Part shown: piece after piece, positions 61,916 through 64,000 of the stretch
Numbering within the stretch: position 1 is the first letter of the stretch
Layout: each line of letters begins with the position of its first letter
NCBI GenBank assembly: GCA_050298595.1
Contig: JBNKUM010000009.1
Span: forward strand, 53,882 to 117,881
DNA length: 64,000 bases
Direction of reading: 5' to 3'
DNA from: Gammaproteobacteria bacterium
Lineage (GTDB): Bacteria; Pseudomonadota; Gammaproteobacteria; GCA-001735895
Translations under genes and position numbers: made by a program
The notes under the pieces: generated by a model
Told to the model about the DNA's origin: nothing
Database searches by the model: none
Seen by the model: the letters and a program-made list of their open reading frames with translations, nothing else

Positions 61916-62113
61916 AAAAATTTCCTGATAAATCAATGTGATAGACGTTACAAAGATCCAGGTCAAGTTGCAAGCATATAATTTGTTATATAGAGGTCAG
62001 AAATTTTTATCACGACATAAAAAATGGTAACTGGATATCCAGAGTCGATGAGGGTATGGTCCAACCGTTTAAATTTTAGTGTCTTTTACTGGCTTTTCGC
62101 CGGAGGATGAATA

Positions 62114-63406
62114 ATGACCGAAGTGGTAGCTACCAATCAGACCATACTCGTGGTTGGTGCAGGTATCAGCGGAATTACCGCAGCTGTAGAAGCAGCTGAA
62201 ACAGGTAAGAACGTGGTACTTGTCGAAAAACGACCTTATATGGGTGGACGAATCTCCCAACTGTATAAATACTTTCCTAAATTGTGTTTTCCTACCTGCG
62301 GTCTGGAAATAAACCAGCGTCGCCTGAGTGCACAACCCGGGATTACTGTATTGACTATGGCCGAAGTGACCAATGTCAGTGGTACCGAAGGGAATTACAC
62401 AGCCAGTGTAAAAATTACACCACGCTATGTTAATGAAAACTGTACCGCATGTGGCGCCTGTTCAGAAGCGGTAGAAGCAGAGTTTGATAACGAACATAAC
62501 TATGGTCTAAACAAGAGAAAGGGTGCTTACCTTCCTTATATGATGGCGAAGCCCGCGCGTTATGTGATCGATCCTCGCATCATCGGTACTGAAGATGCAG
62601 ATAAGGCAAAAGCTGCCTGTAAATTCGATGCCATTGATCTGGATATGCAGGAAGAGACTGTAGAATTCCAGGCTGGTGCAATTATCTGGGCTACCGGTTG
62701 GCAGCCTTATGATGCAAACAAGATTCAGCCCTACGGCTATGACCGTTTCAAGAACGTCATCACCAGCGTTGAATTCGAACGTATGATGGATAAGTTCGGC
62801 CCGACCGGCGGTAAGATTCTGCGTCCTTCAGACAATAAAGAAGCCAAAAACATTGCATTTATCCAGTGTGCCGGTTCACGAGATCGTAACTATCTGAAGC
62901 ATTGTTCACGCATCTGCTGCATGGCATCGCTCAAGCAAAGTACCTACATCACTGAGCAATATGGTGTTGAAGATGAAGATGCGAAAGGCACTATCTACTA
63001 CATCGATATTCGTTCAATCGATCGTTTTGAAGATTTCTATCGCAAGGTTCAGGAAGATCCAAAGATTACTTTTGTTAAATCCAAGGTTGCCAACGTGATT
63101 CAGGATAAGGATGAAAATCCTGTCTGTCGCGGTGTGGATACCGAGGGTTATCACCGTTATGAAAACACTCATGATCTGGTTGTTCTGGCTGTAGGCATGG
63201 AACCCAGTGTAAATAAAGACGCCTTCCCAGTGGAAGTCGTGATCAACGAGCATGGATTTATCGAAGCAGATGAAGCTAATGGTGGAATTTTTGCAGCGGG
63301 TTGTGCTTCCGACGCACTGGATGTAAACCGCTCAGTTCAAAATGCAACAGCAGCAGCGTTACGCGCGATTCAGATCGTTAATAAAGCAGCTGGAGTGGAG
63401 GCATAA
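62114..63406 (+). CDS. qmoA: HdrA-like flavoprotein QmoA
   Basis: GAGISG FAD site, KYFPKLC.PTCGLEIN, CTACGAC, QCAGSRD....CSRICC. Confidence 0.88.
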   Translation: MTEVVATNQTILVVGAGISGITAAVEAAETGKNVVLVEKRPYMGGRISQLYKYFPKLCFPTCGLEINQRRLSAQPGITVLTMAEVTNVSGTEGNYTASVKITPRYVNENCTACGACSEAVEAEFDNEHNYGLNKRKGAYLPYMMAKPARYVIDPRIIGTEDADKAKAACKFDAIDLDMQEETVEFQAGAIIWATGWQPYDANKIQPYGYDRFKNVITSVEFERMMDKFGPTGGKILRPSDNKEAKNIAFIQCAGSRDRNYLKHCSRICCMASLKQSTYITEQYGVEDEDAKGTIYYIDIRSIDRFEDFYRKVQEDPKITFVKSKVANVIQDKDENPVCRGVDTEGYHRYENTHDLVVLAVGMEPSVNKDAFPVEVVINEHGFIEADEANGGIFAAGCASDALDVNRSVQNATAAALRAIQIVNKAAGVEA

Positions 63407-63407
63407 A

Positions 63408-64000
63408 ATGGCAGATGAAAAGAAATTAGGTGCTTACCTCTGCACAGGGTGTGGCATTGGCGACAGACTGGATACCAGTCAACTGGAATCAACAGCTACC
63501 CGCGACGGGAAAGCTAAATTCTGTAAAGCTCATGACTTTCTGTGCTCTAAAGCGGGTGTAGAAATGATCCAGAAGGATATAGATGATTGTGAAGTGAATC
63601 ATGTCATCATTGCCGCCTGTTCACGTCGTGCTAAGACGGAAGCCTTCCGCTTTGACAATGTAGCCCTATCTCGCGCAAACCTGCGTGAAGGCGTTATCTG
63701 GGTACGTCCGAATACGGATGAAGCACAGGAAACTACACAGGAAATGGCAGACGATTATATTCGTATGGCCTGTGCTGAAAGCAAGCACATGAATATCCCA
63801 ACACCTTCTGAAGAGCGGTCACTGAATAAAACCGTGCTAGTTGTTGGTGGTGGTATTACGGGTATGACTTCTGCGATTGAAACCGCAAAGGCTGGATATA
63901 AGGTTGAGCTGGTTGAAAAAACTGGCGAACTGGGTGGCTGGATGACGAAGATGCATAAAGCTATCCCAACTCGTTCACCATTTGCTGAACCACAGGATAC
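63408..64000 (+). CDS. qmoB: QmoB (HdrA/MvhD-like), partial, runs off the window
   Basis: Translated by hand: MADEKKLGAYLCTGCGIG...AACSRRAK...RANLREGVIW...VLVVGGGITGMTSA. Confidence 0.85.
   Translation, partial: MADEKKLGAYLCTGCGIGDRLDTSQLESTATRDGKAKFCKAHDFLCSKAGVEMIQKDIDDCEVNHVIIAACSRRAKTEAFRFDNVALSRANLREGVIWVRPNTDEAQETTQEMADDYIRMACAESKHMNIPTPSEERSLNKTVLVVGGGITGMTSAIETAKAGYKVELVEKTGELGGWMTKMHKAIPTRSPFAEPQD

Noticed and set aside
1-64000. CRISPR arrays, tRNA/rRNA genes, transposases, integrases, prophage or defence genes
   Set aside because: None recognised by eye or in the ORF track

Overview
Chromosomal segment of a probable sulfur-oxidising gammaproteobacterium (qmoA/qmoB, cbb3 oxidase, CbbQ-type ATPase). 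Product calls come from recognised motifs and gene order; no database searches were run. Left to right: end of a chemotaxis operon (cheR-cheD-cheB); HAD hydrolase; tesA/ybbA/ybbP; relA; a minus-strand operon cytochrome b - SHP-like cytochrome c - dihaem cytochrome c - PepSY - OmpR-family regulator - sensor kinase (BqsRS/CarRS-like); greB, DUF1127, dusA, an EptA-like transferase, MBL hydrolase, a stand-alone lipoamide dehydrogenase, argG, dinB and an M48 peptidase pseudogene; the conserved glnD-map-rpsB-tsf-pyrH-frr-uppS-cdsA-dxr-rseP-bamA-skp-lpxD-fabZ-lpxA block; tsaB and truD; a rearranged ccoNOQP/ccoGH/ccoIS cluster around a Yip1 pseudogene; smr; surE-pcm-yqaA-nlpD-rpoS; a PocR-PAS-GAF-GGDEF cyclase; an orphan cbbQ-like gene; and qmoA-qmoB (partial). 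The most notable unannotated signal is one promoter architecture, TTAAG-N6-TTAA(G/T)-N10-TAnnnT (BqsR/PmrA-type box). It occurs three times in full and once in part. Two copies drive apparently paralogous ~95-105 nt structured non-coding RNAs (about 13555-13650 and 24717-24821), suggesting a two-component regulon with sibling sRNAs. Other notable items are an Arg-rich, c-di-GMP-motif-like insert in RpoS and a 26-bp perfect palindrome resembling a collapsed IS/MITE footprint.
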